Positions 7,825 to 16,226 of a DNA stretch of 64,000 bases are shown in pieces. Both the position numbers and the translations under genes were made by a program. Under the pieces are notes generated by a model. It did no database searches. It had not been told where the DNA came from and worked only from the letters and a program-made list of their open reading frames with translations. Location of the stretch: positions 202,864 to 266,863 of the forward strand of contig CAWDKS010000001.1 of assembly GCA_963802965.1 (NCBI GenBank), read 5' to 3'. Position 1 is the first letter of the stretch, and each line of letters begins with the position of its first letter. The DNA is from an uncultured Verrucomicrobiae bacterium. GTDB lineage: Bacteria; Verrucomicrobiota; Verrucomicrobiia; Limisphaerales; UBA11358.

Positions 7825-10191
7825 TTAATTTCCAATCGTCACCTGCAGCGGCTGGTCGCGGCGCTCGGCGAAGCGACGGATGTAATCCATCCACGATTTC
7901 GCGTCGGGAAAATCGCCGCTCTCGCTCCAGCCCGCGCCGAGGTAATACACGAACGGCTTGCCGATTTCGGCTTGCGTCACAGCCAGCAAGTCGCGGATGG
8001 CCGGCTGGCCTTCCGTCATTGTATGAGTCGGTGCCGCAAATGCGCCGGCGGGCAAATTCGGATTGTCGTTGGTGAAAGTTTGCACGCTGCCCGGTGGCAG
8101 CACGATGGCATCAGCAATCGCCCCTTTGTTGAAATCCTGCGGCTGCCAGTAAGCCATCCAGCCTTCATTTTGATTTTGAACGACCAGTCCTTTGGCCGTG
8201 CTGCTTTGCCACGAATCCACTTCGGGTGAACCGTCCGGTACGATGACATTCTCGCCCGGACGCTCGGCCAGGCCGACGCCGATTTCCAAAGGTGATTTGT
8301 CATCGCTGCTGAAAGTGCTTTCGGCGCGGCTCAAGTTCGAGCCGGCGTCAATGCTGATGCGTTTGGTTTCGGACACCATCCGGCCATTGCCAGCGTCCCA
8401 GGCATCGTAGGTCAGTTCAAATTCCGAACGGATCGGCCCGGTGGTGATGAGCTTCCAAGTGCGCCAGTTTTTGGAGACGTGAAGTTCCTGGCCGTCCCAG
8501 ATGCCGATGCCGCCGCAGCCGCGGGTCTTGCCGACCTTGTAATCGTCCTGCATCAGCCAGTTCGTGTCATAATTCTGGCCGGTGCGATACATCTCGTTGG
8601 CGACGAGGCTGCGCGTGCGCTTGATCCAGACATCCACGCCGCTGCTGGTGAGCGGTTCCTGCTGCCATGTTTCCAGCGCCCTGCCGAAAACGCGGTGCGC
8701 GATACGGTCGCTTTCCCACGAGAAATCGTCTTCCCGCTCCGGCACGTAACGCGCAGTCGTCTTCACGATGGGCGACGGCACGGCAACCAGAGCCGAAGCG
8801 TCCAAAATGCAAAACGTCCGCGTCTCGCCCGGCGCAAGGTCAACCTGGAACACCAATTTTTCTGGCGGAAATTGTGAAGGATTTGAACCATAAACTTGCG
8901 AATCTAAAATACGGGAGGACGCACCATCCATAACTGCAAGGTGTTTGGCTAATAATGATGGCTTGAACTCAACCGTTTCGCAATCGCGGCGAAAATCCGC
9001 TGGATTGGTAATTCTGACCATCGCGCGTTTGCTGGCTCCCCCCGCTATTGGATTTGGCGCCGTTTCATCCAAAACCGCCATCCGATAAACCTCGCTGCCC
9101 GCGAGCAAAAATGCGCCGACGCCGTAAGGTTCGGTTGAATCAGGATTGAAATTTTTCGGGTCGGCGCCAATCGGTTGCACATTCGTCAATTTTCCATCCG
9201 CATTGACGCAGCCGACGAGCGCCGCCCAGCCTTTGCAGATCGCCAGTTCAAATTTCGCGCGGTCGAGCAGGCCTTGATTCACGCCCCATGCGAGCGCGTA
9301 GGTGAAAAAACCGGAGCCGCTGGTTTCCCTGGCCGGATAGCTGCCCGGGTCGAGCAGGCTCGCGCGCCAGAGTCCGTCGGGCTGCTGGCACGACAGGATT
9401 TTATCCGCCATGTCCTTGAACAATTGCTCGAAACGCGGCCGGTCGGGATGATTCATCGGCAGATATTGCAGAGTGCGGACAAGCCCGGCCATCACCCAGC
9501 CGTTGCCGCGGCCCCAGAAAACCTTTTTCCCGTTCGCCTCGGTCTTGGTGAAATAAGTGCTGTCGCGGAAAAAGAGGTGCTCGGCCTTGTCGTAAAGATA
9601 ATCCGTCGTGCGCCACCAGTTCGTCACGGCGAAATTCAGATAACGCTCGTCGTCCGTCGCGGTATAGAGTCGCACCCACGCCGGCGGCGCCATGAAGAGC
9701 GAGTCGCACCACGACCAGAGTTCTGCCGCTTTGCCATGCGGCCGGCTGAAATCCAGATTCGTCACCGCGGACGGATGCGACAGGATGAAATCAAACCGTT
9801 CGCGCAGCGGCGCAATCATCTTCGGATCGCGATAGAGAAAATAAAGCTCCGCGTAAGTCTGCCCGACGCATTGGTCGTCGGCGTGATACGGCCGTTCCCC
9901 GGGCTGCCAGCCGTTCGCCGCGCCCAGCGCCATCATCGCGTCGCGGTATTTCGGGTCGCCGGAAATGCCGGCCAGCGCCATCATGCCCGCGTCCCCGGCG
10001 GCCTGCGTCCAATCGGTCGGCTTGTGCGCCGATGGATGCGCCAGTTGCCAGTCGGCCACGCGCTGCATCGCGTCAAGAACGGCCTGCGGCGTGATGTCGG
10101 AGGAAATTTGCTGCGCGCGCAGTTGAAAATTGGCGGCGAGAAAAATAATTGCCGCGACGAAACCGGCGCGACGCGGGAAAGAGGGCTTCAT
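7825..10191 (-). CDS. Secreted fusion: GH105/GH88-type unsaturated (rhamno)galacturonyl hydrolase N-domain plus a roughly 390-aa C-domain resembling DUF4861
   Basis: Signal peptide MKPSFPRRAGFVAAIIFLAANFQLRAQQ. YteR-like alpha/alpha-barrel blocks are present (DWTQAAGDAGMMAL, WCDSLFMAPPAW, FWGRGNGWVMAGL, ETSGSGFFTYALAWGV). The C-terminal half (FSWESDRIAHRVFG...GCGGIGIWDG) resembles proteins that co-occur with kduI/kduD. The DUF4861 assignment is from memory only. Confidence 0.75.
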   Translation of the reverse strand: MKPSFPRRAGFVAAIIFLAANFQLRAQQISSDITPQAVLDAMQRVADWQLAHPSAHKPTDWTQAAGDAGMMALAGISGDPKYRDAMMALGAANGWQPGERPYHADDQCVGQTYAELYFLYRDPKMIAPLRERFDFILSHPSAVTNLDFSRPHGKAAELWSWCDSLFMAPPAWVRLYTATDDERYLNFAVTNWWRTTDYLYDKAEHLFFRDSTYFTKTEANGKKVFWGRGNGWVMAGLVRTLQYLPMNHPDRPRFEQLFKDMADKILSCQQPDGLWRASLLDPGSYPARETSGSGFFTYALAWGVNQGLLDRAKFELAICKGWAALVGCVNADGKLTNVQPIGADPKNFNPDSTEPYGVGAFLLAGSEVYRMAVLDETAPNPIAGGASKRAMVRITNPADFRRDCETVEFKPSLLAKHLAVMDGASSRILDSQVYGSNPSQFPPEKLVFQVDLAPGETRTFCILDASALVAVPSPIVKTTARYVPEREDDFSWESDRIAHRVFGRALETWQQEPLTSSGVDVWIKRTRSLVANEMYRTGQNYDTNWLMQDDYKVGKTRGCGGIGIWDGQELHVSKNWRTWKLITTGPIRSEFELTYDAWDAGNGRMVSETKRISIDAGSNLSRAESTFSSDDKSPLEIGVGLAERPGENVIVPDGSPEVDSWQSSTAKGLVVQNQNEGWMAYWQPQDFNKGAIADAIVLPPGSVQTFTNDNPNLPAGAFAAPTHTMTEGQPAIRDLLAVTQAEIGKPFVYYLGAGWSESGDFPDAKSWMDYIRRFAERRDQPLQVTIGN

Positions 10192-10445
10192 GGCGGGAAA
10201 ACTGGCCGGAAGCAGGGCGCGAATCAACGAAAAATGAATCAGGCGGCGTAAGTGAGGCATACTTGGACATTATGACAAACAAAGTTGCATTGTTTCGGAA
10301 GGAACGCCGGATTTATCCGGCAGGGCATTCAATCAAGCGAGCCCGCTGCCGCATGAATGCGGCGTTCCGTCGCAGTGTCGGGTGCGCCCGTGTGAGCAAG
10401 GTCTAAGGAATCGCCGGGAAGCACCGCCCTCATCCCACAAACCGC

Positions 10446-11222
10446 TCAACGCGCCAGCCAGCCGCCGTCCACGTTCAGGATTGTGCCGTTCAGATAATCG
10501 GCGTCCTTCGACGCCAGGAACAAAACCGCGCCGGCGATGTCCTCCGGCGTGCCCCAGCGGCCTTCGGGAATGCGGTCGAGAATCGCCTTGCTGCGGACCG
10601 GGTCCTCGCGCAGCGCCCGCGTGTTTTCCGTGGCGATGTAGCCGGGCGCAATGGCGTTGATGTTGATGCGTTCCTTCGCCCATTCGTTCGCCAGCGCCCG
10701 GGTGATGCCGGCGATGCCGTGTTTGCTCGCCGTGTAAGCGGAAACCAGGATGCCGCCCTGAAACGAAAGCAGTGACGCAACGTTGACAATTTTCAGGCAC
10801 GATTCGGCGGGCGATTGTTCGCGTCCGCCGGTCAACCACCATTTTGCGACCGCCTGACACAAGAAAAACGGCGCGGACAAATTCGTTCTCAAAACCTCGT
10901 TCCAATCCGCCTCGGCAACATCCACGGCGGGGGCGCGGCGGATGATGCCGGCGTTGTTGACCAGCGCGTCAAGGCGTCCGGTTTTATCCAGAATTGTTCC
11001 AATCAAATCTGCCGCTGCTTTCTGCGTGCCTTTGCTCAAATCGGCGTTGAGGGCGACGAATTTGCCGCCGGCGGCTATCACCTGCGCAGCGGTCTCCGTC
11101 AAATTGCTCCGCGCGACACCGGCGACCGTCGCGCTCTCGCGCGCGAACGCGACGCTAATGGCCTGCCCGATTCCCCGGCTCGCGCCGGTGACGACAACAA
11201 CCTTGTTTTTGAAACGCTTCAT
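10446..11222 (-). CDS. kduD: 2-dehydro-3-deoxy-D-gluconate 5-dehydrogenase (SDR)
   Basis: VVVVTGASRGIGQAI Rossmann motif, the SAYTASKHGIAGITRALANEWA catalytic YxxxK block, and adjacency to kduI. Confidence 0.85.
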   Translation of the reverse strand: MKRFKNKVVVVTGASRGIGQAISVAFARESATVAGVARSNLTETAAQVIAAGGKFVALNADLSKGTQKAAADLIGTILDKTGRLDALVNNAGIIRRAPAVDVAEADWNEVLRTNLSAPFFLCQAVAKWWLTGGREQSPAESCLKIVNVASLLSFQGGILVSAYTASKHGIAGITRALANEWAKERININAIAPGYIATENTRALREDPVRSKAILDRIPEGRWGTPEDIAGAVLFLASKDADYLNGTILNVDGGWLAR

Positions 11223-11314
11223 TTTTTCAACCGTTCAAGCGTTGAAGCGTGAAACCGCCAAACCGGTTTTGGCGCACGTTTGATTCCGGTTCAACGATTC
11301 AACGGTTTAACTCT

Positions 11315-12148
11315 TTAACGCAAATCAATGGGTTTCACCCCGTCCATGTCGTCGAACGCCTGGTTTTCGCCGGCCATGCCCCAGATGAATTTGTAGCTGC
11401 CCATGCCGCAGCCGCAGTGAATGGACCAGTTCGGCGACAGCGCAGCTTCCTCGTTATGAACAAACAAATGCCGTGTCTGTTGCGGTTCGCCCAGAAAATG
11501 CGCCAGCACGTTCCCGCCGAGGTCGAAATAAAAATAAATCTCCGTGCGGCGCCAGTGCGTGTGCGGCGGAAAAGAATTCCAGACGCTGCCCTCCTCCAGC
11601 GCGGTGAACCCCATCACGAGCTGGCAGCTTGGGATACCGCCGGGGTGGATGTATTTGTAAATCGTCCGCTGGTTCGCCGCCGCCGGCGAGCCTAGCGGCA
11701 CCGGCGCGGCGTCCTTCGACTTCATCATCGCGGCGGGATGCGCCGCGTGCGCCGGACAGCTCAGGAAATAAAACTTCGCCGGATTTTTCCGGTCCTTGCT
11801 CTCGAAAACCACCGACTTGGTTCCCATCGGCAGATAGACGCAATCCAGCCGGTCGAGCGCGAACGATTTTTTGTCCGCGTGGACCGCGCCCGCGCCGCCG
11901 ACGTTGATGGCGCCCAACTCGCGGCGTTCGAGGAAAAAGGCGCGGCCGGTTTCCCTGTGGTTCGGCAGTGCCACCGGTTTGACCGGCACGACGCCGCCGG
12001 CCACGAGCCGATCCAGATCGGTGAAGACGCCGTGCAATTCGCCCGGCGCAAAAAGGTGGCTGATGAGAAAAGTGTCGCGCAATTCCTGTGTGTTCAGGCG
12101 CGTGATGTCCTGCGGACGCGGCATCCGGCGGATGGTGTTTTCGAACAT
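11315..12148 (-). CDS. kduI: 5-dehydro-4-deoxy-D-glucuronate isomerase
   Basis: 277 aa with cupin blocks FLERRELGAINVGG, SCQLVMGFTALEEGSVWNSFPPHTHWRRTEIYFYF and HNEEAALSPNWSIHCG. Confidence 0.9.
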   Translation of the reverse strand: MFENTIRRMPRPQDITRLNTQELRDTFLISHLFAPGELHGVFTDLDRLVAGGVVPVKPVALPNHRETGRAFFLERRELGAINVGGAGAVHADKKSFALDRLDCVYLPMGTKSVVFESKDRKNPAKFYFLSCPAHAAHPAAMMKSKDAAPVPLGSPAAANQRTIYKYIHPGGIPSCQLVMGFTALEEGSVWNSFPPHTHWRRTEIYFYFDLGGNVLAHFLGEPQQTRHLFVHNEEAALSPNWSIHCGCGMGSYKFIWGMAGENQAFDDMDGVKPIDLR

Positions 12149-12229
12149 GGGGGCAGCTTCTCAAAAAGGGAACCGGACGACAAGCCGTTGCGTCCGGTTT
12201 TGGGGAAAATGCCCTGCGGTGTCACCAAC

Positions 12230-12249
12230 AATGGTGACATGCGCGTTTT
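12230..12249. promoter_or_regulatory. Perfect 8-4-8 palindrome upstream of kduI (candidate repressor operator)
   Basis: TGTCACCA-acaa-TGGTGACA lies about 85 bp upstream of the kduI ATG. Confidence 0.35.
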
Positions 12250-12313
12250 CGGGTTTGGGGTATGCTATGACCAGCAGTTGGAGCGGTTCTCAAGTGTTTT
12301 AGTGTGTTAGAAA

Positions 12314-12336
12314 AGGCCGGACCCGGTGTCCGGCCT
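12314..12336 (-). terminator. Hairpin terminator downstream of ilvB
   Basis: AGGCCGGAC-ccggt-GTCCGGCCT forms a 9-bp stem flanked by an A-run and a T-run on both sides, about 120 nt after the ilvB stop. Confidence 0.5.
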
Positions 12337-12458
12337 TTCTCTTTTTTCACGCAGATTAGAGACTTCTTACGTCCACCCTCCGCAGTGCTACGCCCGTCCT
12401 CCGCAGTAGCTCTGCTACGGAGGATGGAGAGGACGGGTCGTCTCCTACTCTTTTGACG

Positions 12459-14387
12459 TCACACCTTCCAGATCATGTCCGCGACGGTCCTGCCCGTCGG
12501 AATGAACGGCAGCACGTGTTCGCTGTAGGGCGTCACCACGTCGAGCACATACGTTTCCTTCGCGTCCAGCATCCGCTGGATGGCGGGGCGCAAATCCTTT
12601 TTGAACATCACGCGCTCGCATTTGACGCCGAAGGAATTGCAGACGCGGACATAGTCCGGATAAATCTCGGGGCGATGATCCGGGTCGCCGAGATAGGTGT
12701 GACCGCGGTTGCCGGCGTAAAAGTTGTCCTCCCATTGCACCACCATGCCGAGATGCTGGTTGTTCAGGATGATGGCCTTGGCGGCGATTTTTTCCACGTG
12801 CGCGGTGGCCAGTTCCTGGATGTTCATCAGGAACGAGCCGTCGCCGTCTATGTCAATCACTTCCCGGTCCGGGTGCGCGATCTTGATGCCGAGCGCCGCC
12901 GGGAAACCAAAGCCCATCGAACCAAGCCCGCCACTGGTGATGAACTGGCGCGGGTGTTCATACTTGAACCATTGGCCGGCCCACATCTGGTGCTGGCCCA
13001 CGCCGGTGGTGATGATGGCGTCGCCCTTGGTCAGGTCGTAAAGCGCCTCGACCACCATCTGTTGCAGGATGATCTGGTCTTCCTTGCCCTTGAGATGGTC
13101 TTTCATGTGGTCGCTGCTGGCGATCTCGTGCGTGACGGCGTAGGCAAACGGCCCCTTCTTTTTCCATTCCTCGATTTGCGCGAGCCACGCGGTGTGCTTC
13201 TTCGCGAGCGGACGTTTGGCGAGCAGCGCGTTGAGCCGCGTGAGGGCGTTCTTGATGTCGCCGACCACCGGCAGGTGCGCCTTTTTGTTCTTGTTCAGCT
13301 CGGACGCGTCAATGTCCACGTGGACAATCGTGCCGTTTTTGCAGAACTCCTCGAACTTGCCGGTCACGCGGTCGTCGAACCGCACGCCGAACGCGAGCAG
13401 CAGGTCCGCGCCGTCCTTGAGCTTCACCATCGGGTCGTTGAAACTCTTGCGCAGCTCGTATTCGCCGTTGACGGCCCAGTTGGCGAAGGCCGCGCCGTGC
13501 ATGCCCAGCCAGCGCAACGAGAGCGGATGCGTTTCCGGAAAACCGCCGATGCCCATGAGTGTGGTCGTCACGGGGATCTGCGCGGCCTCGGCGAATTTTT
13601 TCAATTCCGCCGATGCGCCGCTGCTGATGATGCCGCCGCCGCAATAAATCACCGGGCGTTCGGCCTTTTCAATCAGCCCCATGATTTCGTTCAAGGCCAC
13701 TTCGTCCGCGCGCAGGTCGGGCTGGTTGTAACCGCGCAGGCCCTTTTTGATTTGCTCGAGCGTCGGCCACACGGGCTGGGTTTTGGCCTGCTGAATGTTT
13801 TTCGGCACGTCAATCACCACCGGGCCGGGGCGGCCGGTCTGAGCGAGGTAAAACGCCTCCTTCACGATGCGCGGGATGTCGTTCACGTCCGTGACGAGGT
13901 AGCTGTGCTTCACGATGGGCAGGGTCACGCCGATGATGTCGGTTTCCTGGAACGCGCCTCGGCCGATCATGTTGGTGGTGACCTGGCCGGTGATGGCGAT
14001 GAGCGGGCAGGAATCCAGATAGGCGTCAGCAATGGCGGTGACGAGGTTGGTCGCGCCGGGGCCGCTGGTGCCCATGCACACGCCGGCCTTGCCGGTCGCG
14101 CGGCCATAACCTTCCGCCGCGAAACTGCCGCCCTGTTCGTGGCGTGGCAGGATGGTGCGGATTTTGGATTTCGTGAGCGACTGGTGGATTTCCATGCTCG
14201 CGCCGCCGGGATAGGCGAAAATGACCTCGACGCCTTCGCGTTCGAGAGCCTGGACGAGGATGTCGCGTCCGAACATGGTCGGGCCTACCTCGGCGCGCGC
14301 GGCGGCGGGGGCGGATTTCTTTTCTTGTCGCGCCGAAGCCGTTTTTGCGGCGGAGGCGGATCCAGCGGTTTCAGTTGTCTTGCTCAT
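12459..14387 (-). CDS. ilvB: Acetolactate synthase (acetohydroxy-acid synthase) large subunit, biosynthetic type
   Basis: MFGRDILVQALEREGVEVIFAYPGGASMEIHQSL, the ThDP motif GGLGSMGFGFPAALG...IDGDGSFLMNIQEL and the FAD-domain blocks are present. The start is set at MSKTTE (14387). No ilvN follows. Confidence 0.93.
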   Translation of the reverse strand: MSKTTETAGSASAAKTASARQEKKSAPAAARAEVGPTMFGRDILVQALEREGVEVIFAYPGGASMEIHQSLTKSKIRTILPRHEQGGSFAAEGYGRATGKAGVCMGTSGPGATNLVTAIADAYLDSCPLIAITGQVTTNMIGRGAFQETDIIGVTLPIVKHSYLVTDVNDIPRIVKEAFYLAQTGRPGPVVIDVPKNIQQAKTQPVWPTLEQIKKGLRGYNQPDLRADEVALNEIMGLIEKAERPVIYCGGGIISSGASAELKKFAEAAQIPVTTTLMGIGGFPETHPLSLRWLGMHGAAFANWAVNGEYELRKSFNDPMVKLKDGADLLLAFGVRFDDRVTGKFEEFCKNGTIVHVDIDASELNKNKKAHLPVVGDIKNALTRLNALLAKRPLAKKHTAWLAQIEEWKKKGPFAYAVTHEIASSDHMKDHLKGKEDQIILQQMVVEALYDLTKGDAIITTGVGQHQMWAGQWFKYEHPRQFITSGGLGSMGFGFPAALGIKIAHPDREVIDIDGDGSFLMNIQELATAHVEKIAAKAIILNNQHLGMVVQWEDNFYAGNRGHTYLGDPDHRPEIYPDYVRVCNSFGVKCERVMFKKDLRPAIQRMLDAKETYVLDVVTPYSEHVLPFIPTGRTVADMIWKV

Positions 14388-14399
14388 GGCGTTTTTGGG

Positions 14400-14431
14400 G
14401 ATTGATGGATTGATGGATTGATGGATTGATG
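14400..14431. repeat. (GATTGATG)x4 perfect 8-bp microsatellite in the ilvB 5' UTR
   Basis: Read directly. Degenerate inverted copies (CATCCAATCATCCAG...) follow at about 14459-14495. Confidence 0.9.
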
Positions 14432-14526
14432 GGCCGACGCTTCGGGGCGTTTTCCCACCCATCCAATCATCCAGTTATCCAATAATCCATTCATTTTTTG
14501 GTTGTGGCTGGTGGCGCGGATTAAAC

Positions 14527-14556
14527 AAAAAACCCACAGCCGTTGCCAGCCGTGGG
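14527..14556 (-). terminator. Attenuator/terminator hairpin between leader peptide and ilvB (it also lies downstream of the MFS gene)
   Basis: On the minus-strand RNA: CCCACGGCUG-GCAA-CGGCUGUGGG, a 10-bp stem with 2 G.U pairs and a GNRA loop, followed by UUUUUU. On the plus strand the same positions are A.C mismatches, so the structure is strand-specific. Confidence 0.7.
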
Positions 14557-14574
14557 TTTTTGTCGAAATTCAAC

Positions 14575-14658
14575 TTAACAACGACAAGCGCCAACGGCGT
14601 CGCTGACGACAACGACGACGACCGCCAGAGTAACTGCTTGTCCGATGTTGTTTAACAT
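14575..14658 (-). CDS. Val-rich leader peptide (27 aa) MLNNIGQAVTLAVVVVVVSDAVGACRC
   Basis: Hand-translated ATG(14658)-TAA(14575). It has 8 Val (6 consecutive) plus Ile/Leu. It ends 18 nt before the terminator hairpin and lies 190-270 nt upstream of ilvB. Confidence 0.6.
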   Translation of the reverse strand: MLNNIGQAVTLAVVVVVVSDAVGACRC

Positions 14659-14667
14659 TACGCGGAT

Positions 14668-14695
14668 AGTCTAACATCTGGCGGGAGTTGGTCAA
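14668..14695 (-). promoter_or_regulatory. Candidate sigma70-type promoter for the ilvB leader
   Basis: On the minus strand, TTGACC-16 nt-TAGACT ends 9 nt before the leader ATG. Confidence 0.35.
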
Positions 14696-14714
14696 GCCCT
14701 GTTTTTGGCCAATT

Positions 14715-16226
14715 TCAGGCCCTTTTTTGCTCCACCTCGGCAATATATTTGCGAGTGGCATGAGGCAATTCATGCCAGACCTTTATCGAAATGAGGGTGC
14801 CAATAATGGCAAACGGGACCAGAAATACAGGCCACCACAGCCACTCGCGCGGGATAAAATGGAAATGGGGGACGAACTGGCCATTCGCAGGCCCGTTTTT
14901 TTCCGGAACCAGAAACCCAGTGCACAGTGATTGCAGGCCGCTGCCCAGGTAAGCAAAGCCGTTGACAATGCCCATGCACGTCGCGGTGGCCTTGCGCCCG
15001 CCAAAATCCGTCGCGGCCGTGCCGGACATCAACGACGTGATGCCGATGGACGCCATGACGATGAACACCGCCGCCCAGCCGACAATGAGCGGCCGGGAGA
15101 ACAGAAAGGCGGCCATGGCCACGGCCATGAGCAGCACGAATCCACACAACATCGCGGTCGGCGGCCCGCGACGGGAATGAAATAATTTGTCGGAAATCAA
15201 TCCGCCGGAAAAGCCGCCGACAATCCCGAAGACGCAGGTGTACCAGCCCCAGTGCTGCGAGATAAATTCAGCGCCCGTCTGCTTCACTTCGCTTCCAAAA
15301 ATGGAATACCATTCCGTCATGCTGTAACGGAAAACGCCGCCGGTCAGTTCGACACAGGCAAACAGCAGCATCAGCGGATTGGTGAAGACTTTTTTCAGGA
15401 GGTCGAACGTGCTGAACTCGATATGCATCTGGCCGGACGAGGCATCATGCGTGTCGAAATCCTCCAGATCCGCTTCTGCCGGCGAATCCTTGATCAGCCA
15501 GATATCGAGCAACACCCAGAAAATCAGGATGGCTGCGGGGATGTAAAACACCGCCCAGGTCGCGTCCAATTGCCGGCCGGCTGGCGAAAAAATATCGTGG
15601 AGCAGGCCGGAGGCGTTTGCCCTGGTCAGCGCAATAATCGAGCTGCCCCAATCGAACGCAAAATAAACACCGATGGAAATCAGCGTCCCGAAAATCGCCC
15701 CGAACACGCCGCGTTCGCGCACGTGGAACCAGTAAGCCTTGACCTTGATAATGGACATGGAGCCGAAGCTCTGGAAATACATGTTCAACGCGTAAAGGAC
15801 CGAGTAGCTGACGACGAGATTCACCTTGAAATTTTTTGCGATAATCAGCCAGGTCAGGGCACCGAGGGCGACGTTGGCCAGTGAGGCGCCGACGGCGGAA
15901 ATGATCATGCCGCGCTTGCCACCCAGCGTTCTGTCAATCAGCGGCCCATTGACCACGAACGACAACGCATAAACCCATGTGCCAATGCCGAAGATAATGC
16001 CAAGATCCTGCTTGGACATTAATGTCCCCAAAGCGCTCTTGGCGACGATGATATTGTAACGTCCCATGCACAGGAACGCATAAGTCATCCCCAGCGGGAA
16101 CCAATTGATGAAACGGCGCACCATGAACCAGCGCCCGTGTTTCAGTGGATTGTTGAAAAAATAAGCGGCCACCACCGCCACCAAACAAAGCGCAATCGTG
16201 GCCGGATAGAGATAATCTGGAATCAT
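14715..16226 (-). CDS. MFS transporter (organophosphate/sugar-acid antiporter-like)
   Basis: 503 aa with about 12 TM segments. It has an MFS loop motif, GPLIDRTLGGKRGMI, and a second-half motif, GLISDKLFHSRRGP. Confidence 0.8.
   Translation of the reverse strand: MIPDYLYPATIALCLVAVVAAYFFNNPLKHGRWFMVRRFINWFPLGMTYAFLCMGRYNIIVAKSALGTLMSKQDLGIIFGIGTWVYALSFVVNGPLIDRTLGGKRGMIISAVGASLANVALGALTWLIIAKNFKVNLVVSYSVLYALNMYFQSFGSMSIIKVKAYWFHVRERGVFGAIFGTLISIGVYFAFDWGSSIIALTRANASGLLHDIFSPAGRQLDATWAVFYIPAAILIFWVLLDIWLIKDSPAEADLEDFDTHDASSGQMHIEFSTFDLLKKVFTNPLMLLFACVELTGGVFRYSMTEWYSIFGSEVKQTGAEFISQHWGWYTCVFGIVGGFSGGLISDKLFHSRRGPPTAMLCGFVLLMAVAMAAFLFSRPLIVGWAAVFIVMASIGITSLMSGTAATDFGGRKATATCMGIVNGFAYLGSGLQSLCTGFLVPEKNGPANGQFVPHFHFIPREWLWWPVFLVPFAIIGTLISIKVWHELPHATRKYIAEVEQKRA

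Noticed and set aside
9175-10251. A 358-aa plus-strand ORF inside the GH105-like gene. Similar antisense ORFs occur at 21739-22833, 25596-26705, 37912-38832, 51233-52375, 52291-53406 and 57622-58404.
   Set aside because: All lie wholly within well-supported genes on the other strand and have Arg-rich, motif-free translations.
12453-14405. A 650-aa ORF antisense to ilvB.
   Set aside because: It is a shadow ORF. ilvB on the minus strand has ThDP and FAD motifs throughout.
14570-14773. A 67-aa minus-strand track ORF across the MFS gene end and the ilvB leader region.
   Set aside because: It overlaps the MFS coding end and has an Arg-rich nonsense tail. The 27-codon Val-rich ORF in a different frame is the more meaningful reading. 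The terminator hairpin may nevertheless also serve the MFS gene.
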